A DNA stretch of 29,035 nucleotides from a virus (lineage: Duplodnaviria > Caudoviricetes): IMG/VR virus record IMGVR_UViG_3300032328_000422, positions 1 to 29,035 of that record, one strand, 5' to 3'. The first letter of the stretch is position 1, and the number at the start of each line of letters is the position of its first letter. Below the pieces are notes generated by a model. That model saw only the letters and a list, made by a program, of their open reading frames with translations, was not told the DNA's origin and made no database searches. The position numbers and the translations under genes are program-made. Below, in pieces: positions 1 to 8,600 of this stretch.

Positions 1-1
1 T

Positions 2-442
2 ATCCTTGCAATGCCACGTAAGTATCGTGCACTAAAGCAGAACCTAAAGTTCTACGCAGGTACAGATGCTTTCCAGGGTATCGTAAAGAACAACGGAACA
101 CTTGCTGATGCTATTGCAGAAGCATTTGCTCCACGTACTGCTGGTACAGAGCGCAATCGTCAGGCATACCTTGATGGACAGGCACAGACATTTGGTGGAG
201 CACGTACAACACGTGTTCTTGGAATTGATGTGCAGGAAGTACCTTACTACCCAGCAAACTATGTCGACTTGACATTCCCTGCTAACCGTATTTGGGGCTT
301 CCAGAGAGACATCACTGTAAACCGTGAATACAAGCCAAAGAAGGATACAATTGAGTACACAGTATTCGTTCGCTTTGGTCTACAATGGGAAGAGCTTGAT
401 GCGGTTGCTTGGGCAGACGCAGCAGTTGATCCTACTGTATAA
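2..442 (+). CDS. Major capsid protein (HK97-like fold), 3' part; begins upstream of the window
   Basis: Frame is open from base 2. C-terminal ..LGIDVQEVPYYP..LTFPANRIWGFQRDITVNREYKPKKDTIEYTVFVRFGLQWEELDAVA resembles HK97-fold capsid ends. Followed by a strong terminator and head-completion genes. Confidence 0.85.
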   Translation: MLAMPRKYRALKQNLKFYAGTDAFQGIVKNNGTLADAIAEAFAPRTAGTERNRQAYLDGQAQTFGGARTTRVLGIDVQEVPYYPANYVDLTFPANRIWGFQRDITVNREYKPKKDTIEYTVFVRFGLQWEELDAVAWADAAVDPTV

Positions 443-461
443 TAGTTTATAATAACTAAAC

Positions 462-496
462 GATAAGGAGGCAGCGTAAAAACTGCCTCCTTTATC
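462..496 (+). terminator. Intrinsic terminator after the capsid gene
   Basis: Perfect 10-bp stem AAGGAGGCAG (465-474) / CTGCCTCCTT (483-492), 8-nt loop, T-rich tail. Confidence 0.8.
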
Positions 497-510
497 AATT
501 AAGGAAGATT

Positions 511-735
511 ATGTCTTATCCAGGAAATCCTACAGTACCTCATCAACATAATGGTGATGGTGCTATTGCAGTTGGCGGGGTAGGTGGTGCAATAATAATG
601 GGACCAAATGGAATGATTACACAAAACAATGTTTTAGGAAATATACCAACACCCATATTTGGTGAAAATATAACAATTTCTGGAACACCAAGTGGTGTTA
701 GAAAACCACAAACTTTAAGACCAAGTAGGAGATAG
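511..735 (+). CDS. Small Gly/Asn/Pro/Ile-rich hypothetical protein (74 aa)
   Basis: ATG preceded by AAGGAAG; fills the gap between the terminator and the next promoter. Confidence 0.6.
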   Translation: MSYPGNPTVPHQHNGDGAIAVGGVGGAIIMGPNGMITQNNVLGNIPTPIFGENITISGTPSGVRKPQTLRPSRR

Positions 736-743
736 TTTATCTC

Positions 744-752
744 TGATATAAT
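744..752 (+). promoter_or_regulatory. Extended -10 promoter TGATATAAT
   Basis: Consensus TGnTATAAT in an intergenic gap upstream of SD GGAGGA (759-764) and ATG 769. Confidence 0.7.
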
Positions 753-768
753 AGCAGTGGAGGATATT

Positions 769-1122
769 ATGACAACAACAGCAGAAGCAGTAGCACAATT
801 TACTAAAAAAACAGTTCCACAATTGAAGGCATATGCAAAAAAACACAATATTGATTTATATGGAACAAGTACAAAAGAAGAAATGTTAGAAGCGATTTTG
901 CCATTTGTACCAAGAAAAGATGAAGTACAAGAAACAGTAGTTGAGAATCCAAGTGAAAAGATTGCACTCTATTCTGAGCGTAACTTACATTGGAACGGTG
1001 TGGGTGCCCTTGAAAAGGGTTATAACATTGTCACAAAGGAGGCATCCGTTAAGTGGCTATCTCATAAAGCAGTGCGTGAAGCATCGCCAAAAGAGATTGC
1101 AAGACACTACGGTAAGATTTAA
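769..1122 (+). CDS. HeH/Rho-N(SAP-like) domain protein of the head module
   Basis: TVPQLKAYAKKHNIDLYGTSTKEEMLEAI matches the helix-extension-helix pattern. ATG 769 preferred over GTG 757 because of the SD position. Confidence 0.65.
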   Translation: MTTTAEAVAQFTKKTVPQLKAYAKKHNIDLYGTSTKEEMLEAILPFVPRKDEVQETVVENPSEKIALYSERNLHWNGVGALEKGYNIVTKEASVKWLSHKAVREASPKEIARHYGKI

Positions 1123-2108
1123 TGCAGATTCTAAGAGTCCCACCATATCCATTAACGATATCTTATGATGTACCGTTGCCAAACACTGACTATATTCTTG
1201 TAATTAATCAGAGTTCAAGAAATGTCAATGATGTTACAGAAAACATTGTTTCAACATCTGGATCAAAACTAGAGTATACGCTTCCAAATCTTTTTAATTC
1301 ATATGATGAGTCATACTATTTAGCAATTTATGAAGATGTTGACGGACTTCCTGGAGATATAGTTGTTGAAGATAATCTAGATATAACACGACCATATATA
1401 AATCCAACAAGTTTGGCAAATGAAGGCGGTACAGCAACAGCAAGTCAAATCAAGGAATACGTAGAATATGAAGCATTAGCAAGAGCAATAATTGACTCAA
1501 TTGTTCCTGGAGGCTTTTACTATGAAAGATCTTGGTATGAGGTAAATGGTAATGGAACAGATTACCTTGCTCTATGGGATAGAGTATATAAAATTTTAAA
1601 GGCTTATGAAAACAATGAACTTGTTTGGGATTCAAATGAAGATCCACAGGCATTAGGACAATGGAATTATTTACTAACAAAAGATAAGACTGCCATTATT
1701 AAAGAATGGAATCAGCAGATGACTGATTCATATATTAGATCAGTTGGAACACCAAAAGGCGTACCACTTGGCGAGTCGGATTCAATATATCTTTATGATA
1801 CAGAAGATAGCGCTGTAACATTAGCGGTAGCTCCAGGTGTTACATTCCCAACAACATTTAACTATTTATTTTCACTTGAAACAGGATATAAAGTAGTACC
1901 TTATGATATCTATGATGCAGCCAAAATGTTAATAAATGATATTAAGTGTGGAAAGTTAGACTATCATAAAAGATATGTTCTTGATTACTCTACAGATCAG
2001 TATAAGATTAAGATTGACAAGTCATCACTTGATGGTACTGGAAATATTATAGTAGATAAGATTTTACAAAAGTATATTACAAATTTTGGTCCACTTGGAG
2101 TTTTGTAA
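1122..2108 (+). CDS. Putative head-to-tail adaptor/connector (328 aa)
   Basis: Position after the capsid gene; ARAIIDSI..GF and GYKVVPYDIYDAAKMLI..TGNIIVDKILQKY are adaptor-like; TAATG coupling. Confidence 0.6.
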   Translation: MQILRVPPYPLTISYDVPLPNTDYILVINQSSRNVNDVTENIVSTSGSKLEYTLPNLFNSYDESYYLAIYEDVDGLPGDIVVEDNLDITRPYINPTSLANEGGTATASQIKEYVEYEALARAIIDSIVPGGFYYERSWYEVNGNGTDYLALWDRVYKILKAYENNELVWDSNEDPQALGQWNYLLTKDKTAIIKEWNQQMTDSYIRSVGTPKGVPLGESDSIYLYDTEDSAVTLAVAPGVTFPTTFNYLFSLETGYKVVPYDIYDAAKMLINDIKCGKLDYHKRYVLDYSTDQYKIKIDKSSLDGTGNIIVDKILQKYITNFGPLGVL

Positions 2109-2557
2109 TGGTAGATTGCGAAGCAACAGATTTTATCTACCCAATGAAGGCAGATATTTACTATCCAATAATTACTCAAAATAATTATGGACAAGCAAAT
2201 AAAGAATGGGTTTTTGATAGAACTATTATTTGCAGTGCAGTACCACTTGATAAGCCAGGAGTAAAAGAGTATAAGCCAGAAATGTTTTTACAGAATAAAG
2301 GAAAAATTCTTGGAAGATCTAAATCAGATATTAGAATATCTTCCAATAACTCTGATAATTCTATCACCAATGTTTTAATTACAAACATTAGAAGTTCTTC
2401 GGATGTTATCTTATATAAAGAAACTGCAGGGCCAAGAGATGGCAAGGGAACACTATATGAAATTGAAACCCTAGATCCTTTTGTTGGTGCCTTTGGAGAT
2501 ATAGAATACTATACTATGGTTTGGCGCAGAACAGAAAGTCAAGCAGCGGGTAACTAA
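2108..2557 (+). CDS. Putative head-closure/stopper protein (149 aa)
   Basis: Gene order, size, beta-rich sequence with NNYGQANKEW; TAATG coupling. Confidence 0.5.
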   Translation: MVDCEATDFIYPMKADIYYPIITQNNYGQANKEWVFDRTIICSAVPLDKPGVKEYKPEMFLQNKGKILGRSKSDIRISSNNSDNSITNVLITNIRSSSDVILYKETAGPRDGKGTLYEIETLDPFVGAFGDIEYYTMVWRRTESQAAGN

Positions 2558-3234
2558 TGAGAGTTTCACTGAAAACAAATAATTTTGAAAAAGATCTTTT
2601 AAATATTGCAAACTACTCTTTAGGTTTCTTAGAAGGAGCACAAAAAGGAAAAAGCTTGTTTCTTAACAATCTAGGAAAAGGTGTTATTTTTGCTTTAGGA
2701 GAATATGTAGATGTTGAAGCAAGATCTAGTGCTGGAGCGCTTCACCATGTATACGAATGGTATAGAACAGGAAGTCCTCAAGCAAGACTATTTGATATTA
2801 ATTATACTGTTAGTAATCTTGGGTTGTCTATTAATTCAACCTTTAGACAATCAACAACCATACAAGAAGAAAGCAATACACCATTTTATAATAAAGCAAG
2901 GATTATGGAAAATGGAATACCAGTTGTAATTAAACCAAAAAAAAGTTCGGTATTAAGATTTTATTCAGATGGAGAAACAGTATTTACAACAAGCCCAACC
3001 ACAGTAAGAAACCCAGGTGGAAAAGAAGCAGAAGGATCTTTTGAAAGAGTTTTTGATGAGTTTATGAAAAAGTATTTTACTCAAGCGTTTTTAAGAGCAA
3101 GCGGTATTTCTGACTACATAAGTAACCCTGTAATTTACAAAAATAATCTGGCAGCTGGAGCAAAACAGGGTAAACAAAAGGGTGTATCTGTTGGATATAG
3201 ATGGATAACAAATGCAAACATTGAGGTAGAATAA
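2557..3234 (+). CDS. Putative neck/tail-completion protein (225 aa)
   Basis: Position between stopper and tail terminator; KARIMENG..VIKPK..VLRF..VF..VRNPG pattern. Confidence 0.5.
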   Translation: MRVSLKTNNFEKDLLNIANYSLGFLEGAQKGKSLFLNNLGKGVIFALGEYVDVEARSSAGALHHVYEWYRTGSPQARLFDINYTVSNLGLSINSTFRQSTTIQEESNTPFYNKARIMENGIPVVIKPKKSSVLRFYSDGETVFTTSPTTVRNPGGKEAEGSFERVFDEFMKKYFTQAFLRASGISDYISNPVIYKNNLAAGAKQGKQKGVSVGYRWITNANIEVE

Positions 3235-3238
3235 TATC

Positions 3239-3811
3239 ATGACATATGAAATTAAATCAACAGGCTTCCCTCCAACTTTTATTAATCAGTACATCTCTGA
3301 ACAATTAAAACTGTTTGGCATTTTAACTGGGTACGAGCAAATGAATCCAATATTTCCATCTAGTCCAACAAGTATAGAAGACGTTTTCAAAAATTACATA
3401 GGGGCTCCAGGAGTTTCAGATCCTATCTTAATTCAGTATGAAAGACTTGCTAAACTTAGAACAAGCCCATTTTATAGAAAAAAAAGAGAGCAAACAGTTT
3501 ATTATTTATATTGCACAAATTTGTCAAAAATGAATGATTCAACCAGAATTATCATGACATCTCTTGATAGAGAAGATTCGGCAGGACAGGACGTTAACTC
3601 TTTTTGCTCTAAAATAGCAACCGCCAGCCTGCCATTTAATGTGTTTTTTCATAATATTCGTGTTTATCAGTCTGAAGAGAATAGAGAATTGATGAACCTA
3701 ATATCAGCAAAAACAATATATGTTACTAAGATTATTATTGAGTATGACTACCATGCAAAAGACATAAATGTTACAGGCCCTAACGGGGCTACCCTTCCAT
3801 TATATGATTAA
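3239..3811 (+). CDS. Putative tail terminator protein (190 aa)
   Basis: Directly upstream of the major tail gene. TAGAAT (3227-3232) lies 6 nt before the ATG, and GAGGT is also present. Confidence 0.45.
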   Translation: MTYEIKSTGFPPTFINQYISEQLKLFGILTGYEQMNPIFPSSPTSIEDVFKNYIGAPGVSDPILIQYERLAKLRTSPFYRKKREQTVYYLYCTNLSKMNDSTRIIMTSLDREDSAGQDVNSFCSKIATASLPFNVFFHNIRVYQSEENRELMNLISAKTIYVTKIIIEYDYHAKDINVTGPNGATLPLYD

Positions 3812-3817
3812 AAATGC

Positions 3818-3826
3818 TGTTATAAT
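3818..3826 (+). promoter_or_regulatory. Extended -10 promoter TGTTATAAT for the major tail gene
   Basis: Consensus motif in the intergenic region. Confidence 0.7.
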
Positions 3827-3886
3827 TATTTTGAGGAAACACCCCACAACTTAATATCAATTCTATTGAAAGTAGAGGTAATAAAT

Positions 3887-4540
3887 ATGCCGTATACTCG
3901 TGGTACGTCAAATAATATAATTGTAGGCGCAGCAGCATTCTTTGTTGCTACAGAGCCTATGCTACCTGGAGATCTTCCAGCTTTTCAAAGTAACAAGTCT
4001 TACAGAGACACACTAAGCGATTTCGCAGTGTCTTCTGGACTAGACTTTACAAACGTGGGTTACACCATGAATGGTCTTGAACTACAGTTCCAGCCAGATT
4101 TTGGTGAAGTTGCTGTTGATCAGGTTCTTGATGTTGCAAAGCTTTACAAGCAGGGAATGCAGGTTAACCTTGCAACTGCTTTTGCTGAGGCAACTCTTGA
4201 AAACCTATTGCTTGCTATCGCAGGTCAAACTGCTGATCTAGGAGCATCATCTGGAAAAGCACTTTCAACTGGACAAACACTTAATCTCTCCGCAGGAGAT
4301 ATTGGTGAGTGCCCAGTTGAGCGTGGAATTGTTGCAGTTGGACCTGGAACAGGTGACTGCGCTATTTCAGCAAATGTAGAGCGTGTTTATGCAGCATATC
4401 GTGCACTCTCAATTGAGAATGTAACAGTATCTGCAAAGCGTGATGAGCCTTCAATGTTTGAAGTATCTTTCCGCCTTCTTCCAGAAGACACATCTGCTTC
4501 ATACGGTAAGATCATTGATCGTACCTACACACCAGCATAA
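3887..4540 (+). CDS. Major tail (tube) protein
   Basis: NIIVGAA..NVGYTMNGLELQFQPDFGEVAVDQ..EATLENL..FEVSFRLLP is a siphovirus tube pattern. SD GAGGT (3875-3879) supports ATG 3887 rather than TTG 3866. Followed by a terminator. Confidence 0.85.
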   Translation: MPYTRGTSNNIIVGAAAFFVATEPMLPGDLPAFQSNKSYRDTLSDFAVSSGLDFTNVGYTMNGLELQFQPDFGEVAVDQVLDVAKLYKQGMQVNLATAFAEATLENLLLAIAGQTADLGASSGKALSTGQTLNLSAGDIGECPVERGIVAVGPGTGDCAISANVERVYAAYRALSIENVTVSAKRDEPSMFEVSFRLLPEDTSASYGKIIDRTYTPA

Positions 4541-4562
4541 TAATCTAGTTTAGATTAATAAC

Positions 4563-4596
4563 AGGCCCATCCCTTCGGGGGTGGGCTTTGTTGTTG
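4563..4596 (+). terminator. Intrinsic terminator with cUUCGg tetraloop after the major tail gene
   Basis: AGGCCCATCCC-TTCG-GGGGTGGGCTT stem followed by TGTTGTTG. Confidence 0.85.
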
Positions 4597-4605
4597 TGAT
4601 AGAAT
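4597..4605 (+). promoter_or_regulatory. Extended -10 promoter TGATAGAAT; probable leaderless transcript
   Basis: Ends 7 nt before ATG 4613; no SD in between. Confidence 0.6.
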
Positions 4606-4612
4606 AGATAGA

Positions 4613-5317
4613 ATGGCTACAGAAGTATATAATAAGGGTAATATTTATTTAATTGATGGAACAGAGATAGAAATAATTCCATTAAAGATTAAATATTTAA
4701 GAGATTTTATGGTTGAGTTTGAAAACATTAAAACCTCCATAGATGATGACGCAGCTATTGAGATTTTATCAAAATGTGTCGGTATATGCATGAAACAATA
4801 CTATCCACAAATAGCAGACTCAGCAGAAGATCACCTTGATTTACCAACAATATATAAGATTATTGATATTGCTGCTGGTATTAAAATAAATAAAAAATCA
4901 GAAGAACCAGTTGTAGAACAAGCCAAATCCAGCGGAATGACCTGGGATGAATTAGATCTTGCAAAATTAGAATCAGAAGTTTTTATTCTGGGTATATGGA
5001 AAGACTATCAAGATTTAGAAGAATCACTATCTATGCCAGAATTAATGATTACACTTTCTAGCAAAAGAGAACTAGATTATGAAGAAAAAAAGTTCTTAGC
5101 AGCGATACAGGGTGTTGATTTAGAGGGCGCTAGTAGCCCTGAGAAAGGACAAAAAGAGTGGGAAGACATGAAGGCTAGAGTCTTTAGTGGTGGGGCTACA
5201 TCTGACAGTAATGACATTTTAGCACTGCAAGGACAAAATGCTAGAAGCGCAGGATTTGGTATTGGAATGGGTCTTGATTATGAAGATGCTAGAGATCCAT
5301 CTCTTATAAAAAAATAG
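4613..5317 (+). CDS. Tail assembly chaperone, long form (in-frame G'-T fusion, 234 aa)
   Basis: Located between the major tail and TMP genes. The N-terminal ~90 aa is paralogous to 5359..5667; then a linker and a second domain (WDELDLAKLESEVFILGIWKDYQDLEESLSMPEL). Confidence 0.75.
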   Translation: MATEVYNKGNIYLIDGTEIEIIPLKIKYLRDFMVEFENIKTSIDDDAAIEILSKCVGICMKQYYPQIADSAEDHLDLPTIYKIIDIAAGIKINKKSEEPVVEQAKSSGMTWDELDLAKLESEVFILGIWKDYQDLEESLSMPELMITLSSKRELDYEEKKFLAAIQGVDLEGASSPEKGQKEWEDMKARVFSGGATSDSNDILALQGQNARSAGFGIGMGLDYEDARDPSLIKK

Positions 5318-5325
5318 CCCACTCA

Positions 5326-5334
5326 TGCTATAAT
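5326..5334 (+). promoter_or_regulatory. Extended -10 promoter TGCTATAAT
   Basis: Perfect consensus, intergenic; SD AGGAGGT (5349-5355) downstream. Confidence 0.75.
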
Positions 5335-5358
5335 TAAGACTACCTAATAGGAGGTAAA

Positions 5359-5667
5359 ATGGCAACAACAAAATATGAGGCTCAAAAACTCACACTTATG
5401 GATGGTACAGAAATCTCTGTTCGTCCTTTAAAAATCTCTCTACTTCGTCCGTTTATGACAAAGTTTGAGGGAGTTGCGGCAGTGGCGGATGATAATGAAA
5501 AGTCAATGACTCTTCTTGTTGAATGTGTTCAAATTGCTATGAAGCAGTATAAGCCAGAACTAGCAGATGACATTGATAAGCTAGAAGAAGTTCTAGATTT
5601 GCCAACTGTCTACAAAATCGTAGAAGCAGCATCAGGTACAACACTTGCTGTAGATTCTAACGATTAA
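5359..5667 (+). CDS. Tail assembly chaperone, short form (G-like, 102 aa)
   Basis: Directly before the TMP; typical size; strong SD; ends in TAATAATAA. Confidence 0.75.
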   Translation: MATTKYEAQKLTLMDGTEISVRPLKISLLRPFMTKFEGVAAVADDNEKSMTLLVECVQIAMKQYKPELADDIDKLEEVLDLPTVYKIVEAASGTTLAVDSND

Positions 5668-5699
5668 TAATAAAAACTAAAAAGCGAGGTGTAAAATAG

Positions 5700-8600
5700 A
5701 TGGCTGACGTTAATGCTAATATTGGCGTTAATATTGATACGTCTGAAGCGTTAGTCCAACTAAAGGCTTTACAACGTCAGATATCTCAGTTTCATACATC
5801 TATCGCTAAAAGCAGCGAATCTGCTGCACTGGCGCAGAGGGATCTGCAGAAGAATTTTCTTAATAGTGTAAATGCTATTGGAACATTCTCTGCAGAACTC
5901 CGCACAGTAAGGACAACAGCAGAATCATTTACTGATTCACTTGAAAAAAATAAATTCTCAATGCGAGAATATTTCAGGTTTGCTGGTGGATCAACAAAAA
6001 CATTTGGAAAATTATTTAAATCAGAATTTGACACAATCGAAAAAGTAGCAGAAGATCGTGTTAAAAGATTACAAACACAATATATTAAATTAGGCCGTGA
6101 TACTAGCGGGGTAATGAAAGCAATTGCCATCATGCCTAATCAACTTGATATGGGTAATTTTTCTACTCAGTCACAGATAGCAGCACAGAAACAAGCAATA
6201 TTTAATCAACTGGTTAAGCAAGGTTCTACTAACCTATTAAACTTTGGTAAGAATACACAGTGGGCTGGCCGTCAGTTGATGGTTGGATTTACACTACCTC
6301 TTATGGCTTTGGGAACAGCTGCAACACGCACTTTCATGGAAATGGAAGAAGCAACAATTAAATTTAGAAAAGTTTATGGAGATTTATTTACTCCAAAAGC
6401 AGAAACAGAAGCAGCAATTGAAAATATTACTGCGCTTGGACAATCATTTACCAAGTATGGCGTTGCTGTTTCACAAACAGTAGGCTTGGCTGCAGAGGCA
6501 GCAGCAGCTGGATTCCAGGGTGTTGATTTACAAAGACAAACAGCACAGGCAACTAGACTTTCTGTTCTAGGACAAATTGAAGCAAATAAAGCACTTGAAA
6601 CAACTATATCATTACAAAATGCATTTAAAATGTCATCAGATCAACTTGCTGGTTCTATTGATTTTCTTAACGCAGTAGAAAACCAAACTGTTGTATCTCT
6701 TGATGATATTACAACCGCTATACCTAAAGTTGCACCAGTTATCCAACAACTTGGCGGTGATGTAAAAGATTTAGCTTTCTTTATGGCAGCAATGAAGGAA
6801 GGTGGAATTAATGCATCAGAAGGTGCTAACGCACTTAAGTCTGGTCTTGCTGCTTTAATTAATCCAACAGCAAAAGCATCTGCAATCCTTCAAGGCTATG
6901 GGATCAACATTAAGAAGATTGTTGAAGGAAATCAAGGAGATCTTAAGGCAACAGTTGTTGATTTTGCCAAGGCTTTAGATACGCTAGATCCACTAACTCG
7001 TGCAAGAGCAATTGAACAACTTTTTGGAAAGTTCCAGTTTGCTCGTCTATCAACTTTATTTGATAACGTAACAAATGAAACTGGTCAGGCTGCTCGTGTT
7101 CTTGAGTTAGCTGGCACATCAATTGAAGATCTAGCAAAACTATCTGAAACAGAACTTGGAGTAACTGCTGATTCAGCAATGAACAAGTTCCGCAAATCAG
7201 TTGAAGACTTAAAGCTTGCACTTGTTCCAGTTGGACAAACATTTCTTCAAGCAGTAACACCAATTTTAGAGTTTGTTGGCGGAATAATAGAAAAATTTAA
7301 TAACTTATCTTCTGGAGTAAAAAAAGCAATAGTTGTGTTAACAGTTGGAATTGGAGCAATTGGTCCTGTAGCACTTATGACATTTGGTTTGCTTGCTAAC
7401 GGTATTGCAAACATTGTCAAGGGTGCAATGATATTGCGTAATGGATACTTAAGATTAACTGGACAGTCTCAAATATTAGGTGAACAAACCGAGTATTTGA
7501 CAATGGAGCAGATTGATGCAGCAGCAGCGTCTCACTCTCTAGACCAAGCACATGCAAGACTAACACAAACATTTACAGTTGAATCAGGTGCTGTTGGACA
7601 ACTTAAAGCAGCATATGAAGCAGCAACTATTGCTGGTGCAAAATTTGCAGCCATAAACCCTGGAATGATGAGGGCACCAAATGTTATCCCAACAAAGAGA
7701 GCAGAAGGAAAGCCAGTAGTTGTTGGCGGTACTGGAAATCAAGACACAGAATTAGCATTACTAACTCCTGGAGAAACAGTAATTCCAGCAAAGATGTCAA
7801 AGAAATATGGATCACTTATCAATGGAATGATTGCTGGTAATATTCCTGGATATATTAAAGGTAAGGTATCTGAAGAATTTTTAAGTACAAGACCTGGCAG
7901 AAATGCAAGTGGTGGTGAAAGAGCTCAAGTAAATATCCCTGGAGGATATCAACTAGGACACTTTGCAGAAGTTTTAAAAATGACTGGGGCAGAATTACGA
8001 AAATTAGCAGAATCAGAAGCTCAAAGCTTTAAAGATACTGTTGAACGTATGATTGCTAGTGTATCTAATGGACTAGATCAGTCTTTTGATGTATTTACAA
8101 ATGAAGTTACTGCTCAGTCACAAGAACTTAATCAAGCATTAGGTGAAGTTGGTAGCAATAAGCAAGCTCCTATAGAACTATTTAAAAAAGAGGCAGTTGC
8201 TCAAGCAGGAGGTTATAACGCACCACTAATTGCAAAAATGAAAAAAGCAGGAGCATCTACCGAATCAATAGAAAGCGCTGTTGAGAGTCTAGCAAGAGAG
8301 TTTGAAGAAGGTATTAACAAACTTGGAGAAGTAACAACAGTAACAGCAGAAGATGTTAATAGAATAACTCAAGAAGCATATGCAAAAGTTGCTGAGGCAA
8401 ATAAAGATGTTGCAGCTGCAAGACAAGAATTATCAAAGCCTGGAGCGTTAAAAGAAATTGTTGGAATAACTTCAGGAAGAAAATCCCTTAAGGGTGGTTA
8501 TAATACACCAGGAGAAAAAGAAAGAATAAATGCAACTGTACAAGAACAAATACCAGGAGTATATCCAACACAGCAAGCATTTAATTTTACTGGAGAAGCA

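Noticed and set aside
4880-4905. A-rich run AAT AAA AAA TCA at the G'/T junction as an active slippery site
   Set aside because: Not an X XXY YYZ heptamer in the correct phase, and the ORF is already in frame; at most a relic.
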